A stretch of 64,000 nucleotides of DNA from Spirulina sp. (GCA_044070495.1 JBIPSI010000011.1:64001-128000); one strand, 5' to 3'; positions 49,689 through 62,058 are shown, numbered from the stretch's first letter. A program made the numbers and translations. Notes: a model not told the origin generated them from the sequence alone.

Positions 49689-51032
49689 CTAGAGCAAGCG
49701 GAGTTGCTGAGCCTCGTCTAGGGCAGGGGCGTCGTCAGGGCAGAGGGCTAGATCCGCTAGAAAGTCTCCAGGATCAACGTTATCCCCATCCTGGGCGAGA
49801 CCATCGTGGGGGAGATCGTCGATCTCTTCCATGAGGGAGGCCGCCGCCGCCAGCATAGCGGTCTTCAACTCGGCAACCTCAGGCCGACTGTCTAGGTAGG
49901 TGGCCAGGGCTGAGAGGGGATCAAGGGCGCTATCGGTACCCAAATCTAGCAAGCGGTGGCCGGGAGTTACAGGATTCACTTGGGCCTGCACCGTGTAGGT
50001 ATGGGCCGCAGAGAGGGCTGTCCCTAGGGCGGTACTGTCGATGTGATCCACCTGGTCGGGCCGCAGACGATAGAGACAGCGCACTACGGCGTCGGTAATT
50101 TCAGCCCTGGCAATGGCCTGAAGTAGGGTATCCTGAGGCGTTTCCGACGCCGTGAGATCCACCTGAATCGTCCGAAAAGGGCGCACGGGCAAGGGACAAA
50201 ATTCGGCGGTGGTAGATCCCCGATCCAAACGAACGAGGACATAGCCCTTATCCTCCGATTCTTCACTAAAGTCCACCCGCTCAATGCTACCGGGATAAAT
50301 CATGAGGGGCTGATCGCAGAGCACCTGATGGCGGTGGACATGCCCCAGGGCCACATAGTCAAAACAGGGCCGCGCCAAAAGGGCCATGGGAATCGTCAGC
50401 CCTCGCCCCGCCGATAGAAAGCGCTCTCCCCCATAGGTAGCCGTATCTACCATGGCATGGGCCAACAGCACGGCGGGCAAGGCCGGATCGAGGCCGCGAA
50501 TTTCCCCTTCCAGGGCCACCCGTAGCCGATCCAGCAATAGCTCATTCACCTGGGCCATGGCGAGGCCATCGGTTTCGGGACGAGTCAGCAGGGTTGATCG
50601 CGTCAGCCAGGGTAGCGTCACCACCTGCACCGGGCCTTGACGGGTGTCGATGCGGTGGGTTTCCAAACGATCCCCCACCACCACCTCCGGCACTCCCAGG
50701 GTGCGATAGATCGACAGGCTGGCTCCCCCTAATCCCTGGGCATGTTGATCGTGGTTACCCACCAGCAGCACCGTGGGAATGCCTGCCGCTGACAGCCGAC
50801 AGAACTGATGGGCCAAGGCTTGCTGCACCAGGGGAGGAGGGGTGGCATCAGGGAAGGCATCGCCCCCAAACAGCACCAGATCCACGGGCTCTGCCAAAGC
50901 TCGGTCAATGCAGCAGGACAGGGCCGCAACAAAGTCTTCTAAGCGGGTGTTGAGCCCGGTTTCGGGATTGATCCGACCGTGGGACAACCCACTGCCAAGG
51001 TGAATATCCGACAGGTGGAGCAGGGTTAGCAT
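49689..51032 (-). CDS. sbcD: SbcD/Mre11-family nuclease
   Basis: HLSDIHLG, GGDAF, VGNHD, LGHVH, YPGSIERVDFSE. Confidence 0.93.
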   Translation of the reverse strand: MLTLLHLSDIHLGSGLSHGRINPETGLNTRLEDFVAALSCCIDRALAEPVDLVLFGGDAFPDATPPPLVQQALAHQFCRLSAAGIPTVLLVGNHDQHAQGLGGASLSIYRTLGVPEVVVGDRLETHRIDTRQGPVQVVTLPWLTRSTLLTRPETDGLAMAQVNELLLDRLRVALEGEIRGLDPALPAVLLAHAMVDTATYGGERFLSAGRGLTIPMALLARPCFDYVALGHVHRHQVLCDQPLMIYPGSIERVDFSEESEDKGYVLVRLDRGSTTAEFCPLPVRPFRTIQVDLTASETPQDTLLQAIARAEITDAVVRCLYRLRPDQVDHIDSTALGTALSAAHTYTVQAQVNPVTPGHRLLDLGTDSALDPLSALATYLDSRPEVAELKTAMLAAAASLMEEIDDLPHDGLAQDGDNVDPGDFLADLALCPDDAPALDEAQQLRLL

Positions 51033-51197
51033 TGTGGCGGCAGGTGCAAAGGCCGTTTCCCTATGATAAAACCTTCCTCAAGAAACCACGCCTAAGCCGT
51101 ATTCTGCCGTAACATCGGCCCATGCGTCCTAGGCTACCTTGATCTGCCCTATCGGCCAGGGAACAGCCGGGGCTGCCTGCCCTTTCTTCCCGTTGCC

Positions 51198-51686
51198 ATG
51201 GTTTCCGTTCCGCCACCCTTATCCGACCCCACCTACCTGCGCCACCACCACTGGATGCAGGAGGCCTTAGCACAGGCGTTGGCTGCCGGGCAGGCCGGTG
51301 ATGTGCCGGTAGGGGCTATTGTTGTTGGCCCACAAAACCAACTCCTCGCCGCCGCCCACAACCGCCGAGAACAGGATCAAGACCCCACGGCCCACGCCGA
51401 AATCCTAGCCCTGCGGCAGGCCAGCAGGCAGTTGGGCAACTGGCACCTCAACCAATGCACCCTCTACGTCACCCTAGAGCCTTGTCCCATGTGTGCAGGG
51501 GCCATCTTGCTAAGCCGCCTCGGCCTCTTAGTTTACGGAGCCGACGATCCTAAGGGTGGAGCCGTGCGATCCCAGATCAACCTGATCGATGGCCCCTGTT
51601 CTAACCACCCTCTGCCTGTGCTGGCGGGCATTCTAGCCGATCCCTGTGAGCAACAGCTTCGGCAGTGGTTTGTCCAGCGTCGCTAG
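51198..51686 (+). CDS. tadA: tRNA adenosine(34) deaminase
   Basis: DPTAHAE, LYVTLEPCPMC. Confidence 0.93.
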   Translation: MVSVPPPLSDPTYLRHHHWMQEALAQALAAGQAGDVPVGAIVVGPQNQLLAAAHNRREQDQDPTAHAEILALRQASRQLGNWHLNQCTLYVTLEPCPMCAGAILLSRLGLLVYGADDPKGGAVRSQINLIDGPCSNHPLPVLAGILADPCEQQLRQWFVQRR

Positions 51687-51867
51687 GAAGGTCAAACTCT
51701 ACGTTAAGCTCCAGGATCTCTCCTGGAGCCGAATTGCCAAGATCTGCCCCAGATATCCGGCCCCAAAACTGTCCTGTTTTTACAAATACTCTGGCACTCA
51801 CAGCGCTACGGTAAACCTAAGTTGTCAAACCCGAGCCGTTTACCGAGTGGTTGTCTCCACTGTTCCC

Positions 51868-52626
51868 ATGGTGTTTCCGCATTCCCTCCCGATGGCCTCT
51901 TCCAAAACGCCCGAATCGTTATCTTCACCCGATAGTCCCCCGCCTCAATCCCGCTGTTCGCCGTGGCTGACCCCCGTCGCCTACTGGCTGGGGCAATATT
52001 TAGTGCTGCCGAGCTACTTTGGCCCCATCACCATCACGGGCCAATCCCATCTTCCCCGCCATGGCCCCGTCATTCTGGCCCCCACCCACCGTGCGCGCTG
52101 GGATTCCATTGTGCTGCCCCTAGCCGCCGGTCGCCCCGCCACAGGACGGGATCTGCGATTCATGGTCACCGACGATGAGGTGAAAGGTCTCCAGGGCTGG
52201 TTTATCCGCCGCCTGGGTGGCTTTCCGGTGAATGTGCGTCGCCCCACCATCGCCAGCTTGCGCCACGGTATCGATTTGTTGCTAAACCAGGAAATGCTGG
52301 TGATCTATCCCGAAGGGGGCATCCGCCGCGAGGATCACGTTCATCCCCTCAAGCCGGGCCTCGCTCGCCTAGCCATCCAAGCGGAGGCCGCCCAACTGGG
52401 CCTCAACGTTCAGATTATCCCCGTCGATATCCACTACGGCAAAGCCTATCCCCGATGGCGCGGCCCTGTACAAGTTCACATCGGCCATCCCCTGGCGGTC
52501 AAGGATTATCTCCAAAGCGACATCTCTCCCGAAGCCCTCAAAACCGAAGCCCAAAGAATTACCGAAGATCTAACCTCACAACTGGTGTCCATGGTGACAG
52601 CACGGCAGCATCGTTCAGAAGCCTAG
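51868..52626 (+). CDS. plsC: 1-acyl-sn-glycerol-3-phosphate acyltransferase
   Basis: PTHRARWD and IYPEGG motifs; start approximate. Confidence 0.85.
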   Translation: MVFPHSLPMASSKTPESLSSPDSPPPQSRCSPWLTPVAYWLGQYLVLPSYFGPITITGQSHLPRHGPVILAPTHRARWDSIVLPLAAGRPATGRDLRFMVTDDEVKGLQGWFIRRLGGFPVNVRRPTIASLRHGIDLLLNQEMLVIYPEGGIRREDHVHPLKPGLARLAIQAEAAQLGLNVQIIPVDIHYGKAYPRWRGPVQVHIGHPLAVKDYLQSDISPEALKTEAQRITEDLTSQLVSMVTARQHRSEA

Positions 52627-52744
52627 GGACTACCCCTCGGTGAGGCGACCCTGCAACCTAAACTGGAAGGGCTACAGCCGATCCAACTCACCGGCTCTGC
52701 CGCCGCTAGCAAACCCAACGTTTGACGTGATCCTTTCTCCCGCA

Positions 52745-53797
52745 ATGGAACTGTCTATTCAGCCCTTCACAGTGCACAAACGCGTACCGCTGACGATCAG
52801 TCGCGGCACCACCGCCACTTCTACCAATCTTTGGATCAAAATTCGGGCCGACGGCCTAGAAGGATGGGGCGAGGCCGCTCCATTTTCCATTGGCAGCCAC
52901 CACCAAACCCTTGCCCAACTCCAGCAAGATATGGCGTGTTTGCAGACGGTGCTGGCACCCTATCATCCGTGGGATCGTCAAGCCATTGAGGCCGCTATCC
53001 AGCCCCTCAATCTTCAGTCCGCCAGTCAAGCTGCCCTGGATATGGCCCTATGGGATTGGTGTGGCCAAGCCACCCAACAGCCCCTCTGGAAACTGCTGGG
53101 CCTGGATCTCAACGCCATCACCCCCACCTCCGTGACCGTAGGCATCATGGAGCCTGAGGCCGCCCTTCAGCGAGCCCAAGCCTGGCTCGACCAAACCCAG
53201 GCCCAAGCCATCAAAGTCAAGCTGGGCAACCCCAAGGGCATAGCCGCCGATCAGGCCATGTTCCAGGCCATTTATGATCAGGTACCCGCCCATCTCAGCC
53301 TCAGTGTTGATGCCAACGGCGGTTGGAGCCTTGACCAAGCCATCACCATGGCCCAATGGCTAGGAGAACGTGGCATCACCCACCTCGAACAACCCCTCCC
53401 CGTTCACCTCGACCAGCAGTTGCCGCTCCTGCGACAGCAGTCCCCCGTTCCCATTTTTGTGGATGAAAGCTGCTTCCAGAGTCATGATATTCCCCGGCTC
53501 GTGCCCTTAGTCGATGGCATTAACATTAAACTGATGAAAGCTGGCGGCATCACCGAAGCCCTACGGATGATCCACACCGCTCGATCCTCTGGCTTAAAGG
53601 TCATGTTCGGCTGTTATTCCGACAGCAGCCTAGCCAACGCAGCCATGGCCCAACTGTCCTCCCTGGCCGATTGCCTCGATCTCGATAGTCACCTCAATCT
53701 CCAGGACGATCCCTTCACCGGGCTCATCCTCTCCGACGGACGAATCCTCCCCTCTGCTAACCCTGGACTTGGACTAGCCTATGTACCTCACCCCTAA
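52745..53797 (+). CDS. Dipeptide (L-Ala-D/L-Glu) epimerase, enolase superfamily
   Basis: KVKLG, DANGGW, EQP, DES, INIKLMK, DLDS. Confidence 0.9.
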   Translation: MELSIQPFTVHKRVPLTISRGTTATSTNLWIKIRADGLEGWGEAAPFSIGSHHQTLAQLQQDMACLQTVLAPYHPWDRQAIEAAIQPLNLQSASQAALDMALWDWCGQATQQPLWKLLGLDLNAITPTSVTVGIMEPEAALQRAQAWLDQTQAQAIKVKLGNPKGIAADQAMFQAIYDQVPAHLSLSVDANGGWSLDQAITMAQWLGERGITHLEQPLPVHLDQQLPLLRQQSPVPIFVDESCFQSHDIPRLVPLVDGINIKLMKAGGITEALRMIHTARSSGLKVMFGCYSDSSLANAAMAQLSSLADCLDLDSHLNLQDDPFTGLILSDGRILPSANPGLGLAYVPHP

Positions 53798-54821
53798 AAG
53801 CCGCATTGCCCTGCTAATGCACGAAGGTACCCAAAGCACCATGGGAAAAACTGGGTTATCCATGCTGCGCTACAGCAAGTCGCCCATCGTAGCGGTCATC
53901 GACTACCAGTCGGCAGGGCAATCCCTGGCTACGCTAACCGGCATTCAGAGGGACATTCCCATTGTGGCATCCGTGTCTGAGGCTCTTACCCACCAACCCA
54001 ATGTGCTAGCCATTGGCATCGCTCCCTCCGGCGGCAAACTTCCTGACCCCTGGTTCCAAGAGTTGAAGCAGGCCGTTGCTGCTGGGCTTAGTCTGGTGAA
54101 TGCCCTCCATACACCTCTAGCTCAGCACCCCGATCTTTTACCCAACCTCGATCCTGAACAATGGATTTGGGACGTGCGGCAGGAACCGCCAGGACTAACC
54201 GTTGGCACCGGAAAGGCAATGCAGCTTCCTTGTAAGCGTATCCTTGCCGTAGGCACAGATATGTCCGTTGGCAAAATGTCCACCATCCTAGAACTCAATC
54301 GGGCCTGTCAAAATCAAGGGCTCAAGTCTAAGATAATTGCCACGGGTCAGACCAACCTCATGCTAGGGGATGATGGCATTCCCCTTGACGCGGTGCGGGT
54401 AGACTATGCTTCTGGCGCAGTTGAAATGATGATGATGCGCTACGGCTACGATTACGACTACCTCTTGATCGAAGGTCAGGGTTCCCTACTCAACCCAGCT
54501 TCCACAGCGACCTTGCCCCTATTAAGAGGATCTCAACCAACCCATCTCGTTCTCTGTCATCGGGCTGGGCAAACCCAGATTTCCAATTTTCCCCACATCA
54601 AGATTCCTCCTCTGCCACAGGTCATCAAACTGTATGAACAGATGGCTACCGCCGGAGGTGCTTTTACCCAGTCAAAGGTAGTTAGTATCGCGCTCAATAC
54701 AAGCCACCTACCTGAATCAGACGCCATTGACGCAATTCAAGCCGTAGAGAAAGACACGGAACTACCCTGTACAGATCCAATTCGTTATGGAGCCCGAAAG
54801 ATCTTAGTGGCTATTGCGTAA
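53781..54821 (+). CDS. DUF1611 family P-loop protein
   Basis: VGTDMSVGKMST, ATGQT, EGQGS; overlaps the epimerase gene. Confidence 0.9.
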   Translation: MYLTPKSRIALLMHEGTQSTMGKTGLSMLRYSKSPIVAVIDYQSAGQSLATLTGIQRDIPIVASVSEALTHQPNVLAIGIAPSGGKLPDPWFQELKQAVAAGLSLVNALHTPLAQHPDLLPNLDPEQWIWDVRQEPPGLTVGTGKAMQLPCKRILAVGTDMSVGKMSTILELNRACQNQGLKSKIIATGQTNLMLGDDGIPLDAVRVDYASGAVEMMMMRYGYDYDYLLIEGQGSLLNPASTATLPLLRGSQPTHLVLCHRAGQTQISNFPHIKIPPLPQVIKLYEQMATAGGAFTQSKVVSIALNTSHLPESDAIDAIQAVEKDTELPCTDPIRYGARKILVAIA

Positions 54822-54863
54822 AGAGAAAATCTTACAAGACCGGGGGTAAAGAGTTCGCTGTTC

Positions 54864-55088
54864 CTACTTTTTCCGGAGGCGATAGGTAATACGACCTTTA
54901 GTGAGATCGTAGGGTGTAAGCTCTACCTTCACCCGATCCCCCGGCAGAATCTTGATGTAATTGCGGCGAATTTTCCCAGAAATGTGGGCTAGGACATTAA
55001 AACCATTATCCAAGTCAACTCGGAACATGGCATTAGGAAGGGACTCGGTTACGGTTCCTTCCATTTCAATTAGGTCTTGCTTAGACAA
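54864..55088 (-). CDS. infA: Translation initiation factor IF-1
   Basis: [25 protein letters not shown]. Confidence 0.98.
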
Positions 55089-55287
55089 GTTTACTTCTCC
55101 TCTTTAGTATACTCACTGAACCCCGGACAATCCCACCAGCACATCCCCATGCCCCCTATGCTACGCAGTCCAATCATCCTATCAAGGGCTTCTATCAGTG
55201 CAATTAACTTAGAACCTGACTTAAGATTAGCAAAGATTCAAGTTCTAGGAGTTCATCTCTTCTAAAATCTGAACCCTGAACTCGGCC

Positions 55288-55842
55288 CTAACCGCTAATA
55301 ACCGCTTGCAGAGAAGCATAGACGGACTCCATGGGCTGATTGCCATCCACAGATACCAGTTGCTGTCGGCTACGATAAAAATCAATCAATGGAGCCGTTT
55401 GTTGGCGATACACATCTAAGCGATGACGAATTACCGATTCTTCATCATCAGCCCGGCCTCGCTTCAGCAAACGGGTGACAATCACTTCATCTGCAACGTC
55501 TAAATTAACCACAAAGTCAGCGGGCTGTTCAATTTGCTCAAGCAGCTTAATTAAAAATTCTGCCTGAGAAACATTTCTAGGGAAACCATCCAGTACCCAA
55601 CCAACCTGGGCGTCCCCCTGGGCCAACCGTTCACGAATGAGATCCAGAATTAACTCGTCGGGCACCAGTTCACCAGCGCTCATGTAAGCCTCAGCTTTCT
55701 TACCGAGATCAGTACCGTCAGCTACCGCTGCGCGCAAAATGTCTCCGGTGGAGATATGAGGGACAGCACAATCAGCGGCTAGCATCTGTGCCTGAGTTCC
55801 TTTGCCAGCCCCCGGAGGCCCCAGAAAAATTAGACGAGTCAC
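55288..55842 (-). CDS. adk: Adenylate kinase
   Basis: [17 protein letters not shown]. Confidence 0.98.
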   Translation of the reverse strand: MTRLIFLGPPGAGKGTQAQMLAADCAVPHISTGDILRAAVADGTDLGKKAEAYMSAGELVPDELILDLIRERLAQGDAQVGWVLDGFPRNVSQAEFLIKLLEQIEQPADFVVNLDVADEVIVTRLLKRGRADDEESVIRHRLDVYRQQTAPLIDFYRSRQQLVSVDGNQPMESVYASLQAVISG

Positions 55843-57155
55843 TATTGCTTCACCATTCCTTCGTAGCGTTGCGAAATCACGTAGGTTTGAATTTGCTTAG
55901 CTGTATCGATAGCCACCCCTACCAAAATCAACAAAGAAGTTGCACCAAAACCTCGAAAGGTTGGAATACGAGTAAGGCTTTCAACAGCACTAGGAACTAC
56001 AGCAACTAAGCCTAGGAAGATAGCGCCTAGAAAGGTCAAACGATTCAGAATACGACCGATGTATTCCGTAGTGGCTTTCCCAGGCCTAATACCAGGGATG
56101 CTAGCTCCCATTTTCTTCAAATTTCTCGACAAATCCTCAGGATTAATGACCAGGGATGAATAGAAATAACTGAAAAAAAGAATTAGAAGCAGGTAGACCG
56201 CCACGTAGAGGATCGAGGTGGGGTTGAAGTAATTAGTGACAAAACGGCTAAAAGCTGGATTGGTGACATACTGTGTAACCGAAATAGGCAGCACTAGAAC
56301 CGCAGACGCAAAGATGATGGGCATAACCCCGCCCTGATTAAGCCTCAAAGGAAGATAATTACTCTGCTCCAAATAAAGCTTGCGTCCCACCTGACGCTTC
56401 GCAGAAATAATCGGAATCCGGCGTGTCCCTTCCTGGACGAACACAATTCCAACGATCATAGCCAGGAAGGTAATCATCAAAATGACAATCCCACCAACAA
56501 TGCTTCGATCCCCACTTTGAGCCAGTTCCACCGTCTGCCCTAGGGATCGAGGCAATGTAGATACAATATTGAGAAAGATCAACAGTGAAGCTCCGTTGCC
56601 AATGCCGCGCTCCGTGATCAATTCCCCAGCCCACATCACAAACATAGAGCCTGCTGTTAAAGCCACAACGGTTTCAACAACAAAGGGAATTCCAGGCTCT
56701 TGGGCAAACTGATAAAGCAGAAAAGAGGACAGCAAAGTGCTTTGCAGCACGGCCCAGCCTAGGGCCACATAGCGGGTAATTTGAGAAATTTTTCGCCGTC
56801 CTGCTTCCCCTTCATTTTTTTGTAAATCCTCTAACGCAGGGAGCGCTGCGGTCAGCAGTTGGATAATGATAGAGGCATTAATGAATGGCAAAATACCGAG
56901 GGCAAAAATGCCCAAAGCTGATAGGCCACCACCCACAAAAATATCTAGGAACCCAACGAATCCACCAAGGCTGCCCGATTGAATAGAGGCAGCAAAAGCC
57001 TGCCGATCAATACCAGGAACCGGGATAAAGATCCCCAATCTAACCAACAGGAGTAGGCCCAAAGTAACCAGCAAACGACTCCGCAAACCAGCGGCTTGAG
57101 CCATCTGCATAAAGGTTTCCTGAGCGCTTGGAGTTTTACCCCGACTGACAACCAT
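55842..57155 (-). CDS. secY: Preprotein translocase SecY
   Basis: [24 protein letters not shown]. Confidence 0.99.
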   Translation of the reverse strand: MVVSRGKTPSAQETFMQMAQAAGLRSRLLVTLGLLLLVRLGIFIPVPGIDRQAFAASIQSGSLGGFVGFLDIFVGGGLSALGIFALGILPFINASIIIQLLTAALPALEDLQKNEGEAGRRKISQITRYVALGWAVLQSTLLSSFLLYQFAQEPGIPFVVETVVALTAGSMFVMWAGELITERGIGNGASLLIFLNIVSTLPRSLGQTVELAQSGDRSIVGGIVILMITFLAMIVGIVFVQEGTRRIPIISAKRQVGRKLYLEQSNYLPLRLNQGGVMPIIFASAVLVLPISVTQYVTNPAFSRFVTNYFNPTSILYVAVYLLLILFFSYFYSSLVINPEDLSRNLKKMGASIPGIRPGKATTEYIGRILNRLTFLGAIFLGLVAVVPSAVESLTRIPTFRGFGATSLLILVGVAIDTAKQIQTYVISQRYEGMVKQ

Positions 57156-57243
57156 GCAATAGCTCCTAGAACCTCAGCGTCTTCATTAAACAAGCAGATG
57201 TTGCTACCCTAGCCCTAGTCTAAGGGATCACAGCTACACCTGG

Positions 57244-57690
57244 CTAACCAATGACCTCGCAGGTTCCCCCTGCTTCCTCAATCTTGGATTTTGCAGATTG
57301 GGTAAAGGCAGCCGCTTTCACGTTCAGCGCAACAGATACATCACCATCCCCTAGTACCTTTAACGGACCGTCATTGGTGGTCAGGATACCGACTTCCAGC
57401 AGGGACTCAAGACTGACTTCGGTTCCCGCCGATAGATCCGACAAAGACTTTAGGTTGATGATGGTGTACTGCTTCTGATTGACAATCGGGAAATGCTTCA
57501 GCTTGGGAATCCGGCGGTACAGAGGCATTTGGCCACCCTCAAATCCAGGTCGGGTGCCGCTACCAGAACGAGACTTTTGGCCCCGCATACCGAAGCCGCA
57601 GCTTGCCCCCTGTCCGGCGGAAATTCCCCGACCCACACGGCGACGACGACGTTTGGATCCAGCTTGGGGTTGTGCGTCATTAAGTCTCAT
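57244..57690 (-). CDS. rplO: 50S ribosomal protein L15
   Basis: [15 protein letters not shown]. Confidence 0.98.
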   Translation of the reverse strand: MRLNDAQPQAGSKRRRRRVGRGISAGQGASCGFGMRGQKSRSGSGTRPGFEGGQMPLYRRIPKLKHFPIVNQKQYTIINLKSLSDLSAGTEVSLESLLEVGILTTNDGPLKVLGDGDVSVALNVKAAAFTQSAKSKIEEAGGTCEVIG

Positions 57691-57711
57691 AGCCTTACAA
57701 AGGTAAAACGT

Positions 57712-58233
57712 CTAAATGTAAAGGTTCTCAACGGGAATATCCCGCTCTTCAGCCACCTCAGCAAAGGTGCGTAGGGAGGCTAAGGCATTGGCAGCAGCCC
57801 GTGCATTATTCAATGGGTTATTGGATCCCAACTGCTTAGCTAGCACGTTGCGAACACCCGCCATTTCTAGAACGGTACGCACGGCACCCCCAGCAATTAC
57901 CCCAGTACCAGGGGCGGCTGGACGCATGAAGACCTTGGCACCGCCACCCACGCCACTGGAAGGGTGGGGAATCGAGTAAGAGCGGGTCAAGGGCACATCC
58001 ACGAGGTGCTTTTTGCCATCAGCAACGCCCTTCTTCACCGCACCGATCACATCGCTGGCCTTGCCAACCCCAACCCCGACCTGTCCTTTTTCATTGCCAA
58101 TGACTACGATGGCGCGGAAGCTCAGCTTCTTACCACCCTTGACAACCTTGGTCACCCGACGAATTTGGACGACCCGCTCTTGCCAATCTGTCTTCTTTTC
58201 TTTAGTACGCGCTTCTTTACGACGATTTGCCAT
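57712..58233 (-). CDS. rpsE: 30S ribosomal protein S5
   Basis: [19 protein letters not shown]. Confidence 0.98.
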   Translation of the reverse strand: MANRRKEARTKEKKTDWQERVVQIRRVTKVVKGGKKLSFRAIVVIGNEKGQVGVGVGKASDVIGAVKKGVADGKKHLVDVPLTRSYSIPHPSSGVGGGAKVFMRPAAPGTGVIAGGAVRTVLEMAGVRNVLAKQLGSNNPLNNARAAANALASLRTFAEVAEERDIPVENLYI

Positions 58234-58302
58234 GCTTCCCCAGCCTCTCTAAGTCAACCAGAATCAGATGAATGCCTAATCCAAGTTTAGGCAACGTTTA
58301 GT

Positions 58303-58665
58303 CTACAGGGTCAGCCCCGCTTCCCGAGCCGCATCCGCTAGGGCCGCGACTCGACCGTGATAAAGCTTGCCTCCCCGGTCAAACACCACCTGCGTCACGC
58401 CGGCCTGTAGAGCACGTTCCGCAATAGCCTTACCAACGGCCACTGCGGCTTCCTGGGTGGCACCAGAAGCATCCTTCTCCAACACATCCGCTTCCAGAGT
58501 AGAAGCAGCAGCTAAGGTATGATGGGCCGTGTCATCGATAACCTGAGCGTAGATATGCTGATTAGACCGAAATACCGCTAGACGGGGACGCTCAGGGGTA
58601 CCAAAGAGGCGACGACGAATCCGAGCATGACGACGACGAGTTAGTTCCTTACGACTTGCTTTCAT
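58303..58665 (-). CDS. rplR: 50S ribosomal protein L18
   Basis: [22 protein letters not shown]. Confidence 0.98.
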   Translation of the reverse strand: MKASRKELTRRRHARIRRRLFGTPERPRLAVFRSNQHIYAQVIDDTAHHTLAAASTLEADVLEKDASGATQEAAVAVGKAIAERALQAGVTQVVFDRGGKLYHGRVAALADAAREAGLTL

Positions 58666-58668
58666 GGC

Positions 58669-59208
58669 TTATTTCTTCCCTGACTTCCCAGCCTTACGTC
58701 TCACCTGTTCACCGGCATAGCGCACACCCTTACCCTTGTAGGGTTCAGGGGGACGACTAGCGCGGATGCTAGCCGCCGTATTACCGACGAGTTCTTTATC
58801 AATACCGCTGATGATGACGTTGGTGTTGTTCTCAACGACAAACTCAATGCCAGACGGAGGCTCAAAAACCACCGGATGGCTGTAGCCCAGGCTGAGATTC
58901 AGATTTCGCCCCTGAACCTGGGCACGATAACCAATTCCTTGAATTTCAAGGCGCTTTTGGTATCCGTTAGACACCCCTTCAACCATGTTGGCCACCAGAG
59001 TGCGACACAGACCATGGCGTTCCCGGGCCAGCCGAGAATCATCCTTGCGATTCACAAGGAGAGTCTCTCCCTCCTGAACCACAACAACCCCAGAAGGTAA
59101 GGTGCGAGCCAATTGACCCTTCGGCCCCTTAACCTGAATATCCTGACCGTCAATCGTAATTGACACCTTAGCCGGGATAGGAATTGGCCGTTTGCCAATA
59201 CGTGACAT
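58669..59208 (-). CDS. rplF: 50S ribosomal protein L6
   Basis: [16 protein letters not shown]. Confidence 0.98.
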   Translation of the reverse strand: MSRIGKRPIPIPAKVSITIDGQDIQVKGPKGQLARTLPSGVVVVQEGETLLVNRKDDSRLARERHGLCRTLVANMVEGVSNGYQKRLEIQGIGYRAQVQGRNLNLSLGYSHPVVFEPPSGIEFVVENNTNVIISGIDKELVGNTAASIRASRPPEPYKGKGVRYAGEQVRRKAGKSGKK

Positions 59209-59275
59209 GATGCAATACTCCTAAATCCTTAGCACTCAATAACCATCGATCAACCGACCTAACGCGCCCCTGAAT

Positions 59276-59677
59276 CTACCAGACGTAGCAGAGAACTTCT
59301 CCGCCAATGCCCTGGCGACGAGCATCTCGGTCGGTCATAATGCCGCTGGAGGTGGAAACGATTGCAATGCCAATCCCCCCCAGCACGCGAGGCAATTCTT
59401 TCCGATTGGAATAAACCCGTAAACCAGGCTTACTAACGCGTGTCAAATTCCGAATAATAGGCTGACGGGTCTTACCTTTGTACTTCAGCGCAATAACCAG
59501 TTGAGGTCTGCCGTCTTCGGTCGTCTCAGAGTAATCGGTAACAAACCCTTCTTCCTTGAGTACCTTGGCAATACTCCGAGTCATCCGGGTCGAAGGAATG
59601 TTCACGGTTTGGTGCCGCGCCAAGTTCGCATTTCGAATGCGAGTCAGCATATCCGCAATTGTGTCGTTAGCAGCCAT
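59276..59677 (-). CDS. rpsH: 30S ribosomal protein S8
   Basis: [17 protein letters not shown]. Confidence 0.98.
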   Translation of the reverse strand: MAANDTIADMLTRIRNANLARHQTVNIPSTRMTRSIAKVLKEEGFVTDYSETTEDGRPQLVIALKYKGKTRQPIIRNLTRVSKPGLRVYSNRKELPRVLGGIGIAIVSTSSGIMTDRDARRQGIGGEVLCYVW

Positions 59678-59704
59678 AGTCCTAATTTCGCGTATAAACC
59701 TGTG

Positions 59705-60250
59705 TTAGTTGTCCCGGAATGGCATACCCAATGCCTTGAGTAGCGCTCGCCCTTCTTCGTCGGTATTCGCAGTAGTCACAATGGTGATGTCCATCCCGCG
59801 AATTTGATCAATACCGTCGTAATCAATTTCAGGGAAGATTAGCTGTTCACGCAGACCCAGCGTATAGTTCCCACGACCATCAAAGCTCTTTGGGCTGATA
59901 CCACGAAAGTCACGAATACGGGGCAGAGCCAGATTGATCAGGCGGTTAAGAAAGGAGTACATGCGATCAGAACGCAGAGTTACCATGACACCCACCGGCA
60001 TGCCCTGGCGGATTTTGAATCCGGCAATAGCCTTTTTAGCACGAGTCACCACAGGTCGCTGACCCGTAATCATGGCAAGCTCACTAAGAGAAGACTCAAG
60101 AGCCTTTGCATTCTGAGAAGCCTCACCAAGACCACGGTTGACGGTCACTTTGACCACCTTAGGAACTTGGTGGATATTTTCGTACTTGAACTGATCCATC
60201 AGCTTAGGTACGACGGTGTCTTTGTAAAGGAGCTTAAGTTGGTCTGTCAT
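59705..60250 (-). CDS. rplE: 50S ribosomal protein L5
   Basis: [16 protein letters not shown]. Confidence 0.98.
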   Translation of the reverse strand: MTDQLKLLYKDTVVPKLMDQFKYENIHQVPKVVKVTVNRGLGEASQNAKALESSLSELAMITGQRPVVTRAKKAIAGFKIRQGMPVGVMVTLRSDRMYSFLNRLINLALPRIRDFRGISPKSFDGRGNYTLGLREQLIFPEIDYDGIDQIRGMDITIVTTANTDEEGRALLKALGMPFRDN

Positions 60251-60328
60251 GGATAGTCTCTGCTTATTTCCTGGGCTTGGTCAGGAGGACAATAAGGGAA
60301 TCAAGGAGTGAGAAAAAATCAAGAAGGC

Positions 60329-60679
60329 TTAATCAATGATTTCGCCCGTCTTTTTCAGCATTCTTACCTTACGACCGTCTTTATCAAAGGTATAAGCCAC
60401 GCGACTTGCCACCTTCTCTTTCTCGGAGTAAAGCATCACATTAGAGCTGTGAATAGGTGCTTCTTGAGTCACAATCTGACCAGACTCACCTTCTTGCTGA
60501 GGCTTAACGTGCTTAGTCCGAATATTGACACCTTGGACGATCACTTGGCTTTTTTTAGGGTTAACGGAGAGGATTTCTCCCACTTTGCCTCGATCTCTCC
60601 CAGCAATCACTTGCACTGTATCGCCCTTGCGAACGTGCATCCTATAGCGCACTGGCTTTTTCGTTGCTGACGTTGCCAT
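60329..60679 (-). CDS. rplX: 50S ribosomal protein L24
   Basis: [22 protein letters not shown]. Confidence 0.98.
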   Translation of the reverse strand: MATSATKKPVRYRMHVRKGDTVQVIAGRDRGKVGEILSVNPKKSQVIVQGVNIRTKHVKPQQEGESGQIVTQEAPIHSSNVMLYSEKEKVASRVAYTFDKDGRKVRMLKKTGEIID

Positions 60680-61044
60680 TACAGTACCTCCGGTGCCAGG
60701 GACACAATTTTGGTGAAGTTCTTGTCACGCAGCTCACGAGCGACGGGGCCAAATACACGGGTTCCCTTGGGATTACCATCCTGGTTAATGATCACCGCTG
60801 CGTTATCGTCAAAGCGAATGCTCATGCCGCTGGTACGGCGTAGCCCTTTGCGAGTGCGAACGACAACAGCCCTTACCACATCGGATTTTTTAACCCCCAT
60901 GTTAGGAATAGCGTCCTTGACCACCGCAATGATCACGTCTCCAACACCGGCATAGCGACGGTTTCCGCCTAGCACTCGGATACACATGAGCTTCCGAGCT
61001 CCGCTGTTGTCCGCTACGTTTAGATAGGTTTCCTGCTGAATCAT
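60679..61044 (-). CDS. rplN: 50S ribosomal protein L14
   Basis: [22 protein letters not shown]. Confidence 0.99.
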   Translation of the reverse strand: MIQQETYLNVADNSGARKLMCIRVLGGNRRYAGVGDVIIAVVKDAIPNMGVKKSDVVRAVVVRTRKGLRRTSGMSIRFDDNAAVIINQDGNPKGTRVFGPVARELRDKNFTKIVSLAPEVL

Positions 61045-61055
61045 GAGTTACCCCA

Positions 61056-61307
61056 CTAGGCCTCCGCCGATCGATTAACAATGTCAGCCACGACCCAGCG
61101 CTTTGTCCGACTTAGGGGACGGGTTTCAAGGATACGAACCCGGTCTCCCTCTTGACAGGCATTTTCTTCATCGTGGGCCTTGTAGCGCTTGGTTCGCACC
61201 ACAATCTTGCCGTATTTAGGGTGGGAGGTACGGCTTTCAACAGCAACCACAACCGTCTTATCCATTTTGTTGCTGACAACCGTTCCCACTCGTTCTTTAA
61301 CCGCCAT
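61056..61307 (-). CDS. rpsQ: 30S ribosomal protein S17
   Basis: [19 protein letters not shown]. Confidence 0.98.
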   Translation of the reverse strand: MAVKERVGTVVSNKMDKTVVVAVESRTSHPKYGKIVVRTKRYKAHDEENACQEGDRVRILETRPLSRTKRWVVADIVNRSAEA

Positions 61308-61325
61308 CTCAGTTCCCTACCTTCC

Positions 61326-61574
61326 CTATGCTGATACCGATTCTGTTGATGCAGAGGCGCTGTCAGCGATCTCTTCCATCTGTCGCTCTCGTTGCACCGT
61401 CATGAGCTGAGCCAAACGATGGCGAGCGTGCTTGAACTGATGAACCTCTTTGTCGAGCTGGCGGGTTGCCTTCTTAAACCGCAGTTGAAACAAATCTCGC
61501 TTAGTCTCAACAATAGCGTTAAGGAGCTCCTCGTCACTGAGGCTTCGCGCCTCTTGAATCTTGGGCAGTGCCAT
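61326..61574 (-). CDS. rpmC: 50S ribosomal protein L29
   Basis: LFQLRF..ATRQL; operon position. Confidence 0.96.
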   Translation of the reverse strand: MALPKIQEARSLSDEELLNAIVETKRDLFQLRFKKATRQLDKEVHQFKHARHRLAQLMTVQRERQMEEIADSASASTESVSA

Positions 61575-61577
61575 AAA

Positions 61578-61997
61578 TCAAGCCTCCTTGCTGTCTCGCA
61601 CAATAAACTTCGTCTTAAAGGGAAGCTTGAATGCCGCCAAACGCATCGCTTCACGAGCCGTCGCCTCAGGCACCCCGGCGATTTCAAACACAATGCGACC
61701 AGGCTTGACAACAGCAACCCAATATTCGGGGTTACCTTTACCAGAACCCATCCGGGTTTCTGCAGGACGCATGGTTACCGGCTTGTCTGGAAACACACGG
61801 ATCCAGATTTTTCCACCCCGGCGAACATAGCGGGTCATAGCACGACGGGCAGCCTCAATTTGGCGAGAGGTCAACCAACAAGGCTCGGTGGCCTGAAGAG
61901 CGAAATCTCCGAAGCTGATATCGCTGCCCCGCTGGGCCATTCCGCGCATACGACCACGGTGCTGCTTGCGAAATTTTGTTCGTTTTGGACTAAGCAT
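61578..61997 (-). CDS. rplP: 50S ribosomal protein L16
   Basis: [16 protein letters not shown]. Confidence 0.99.
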   Translation of the reverse strand: MLSPKRTKFRKQHRGRMRGMAQRGSDISFGDFALQATEPCWLTSRQIEAARRAMTRYVRRGGKIWIRVFPDKPVTMRPAETRMGSGKGNPEYWVAVVKPGRIVFEIAGVPEATAREAMRLAAFKLPFKTKFIVRDSKEA

Positions 61998-62058
61998 GGC
62001 TCGGCACTCGTCAATTCACAGATTAAAAGTTAGTTCGGGAAATCTTGGGACAGAGGAT

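Noticed and set aside
57690..59705. rpmD and rpsN missing from the spc cluster
   Set aside because: Normal for cyanobacteria
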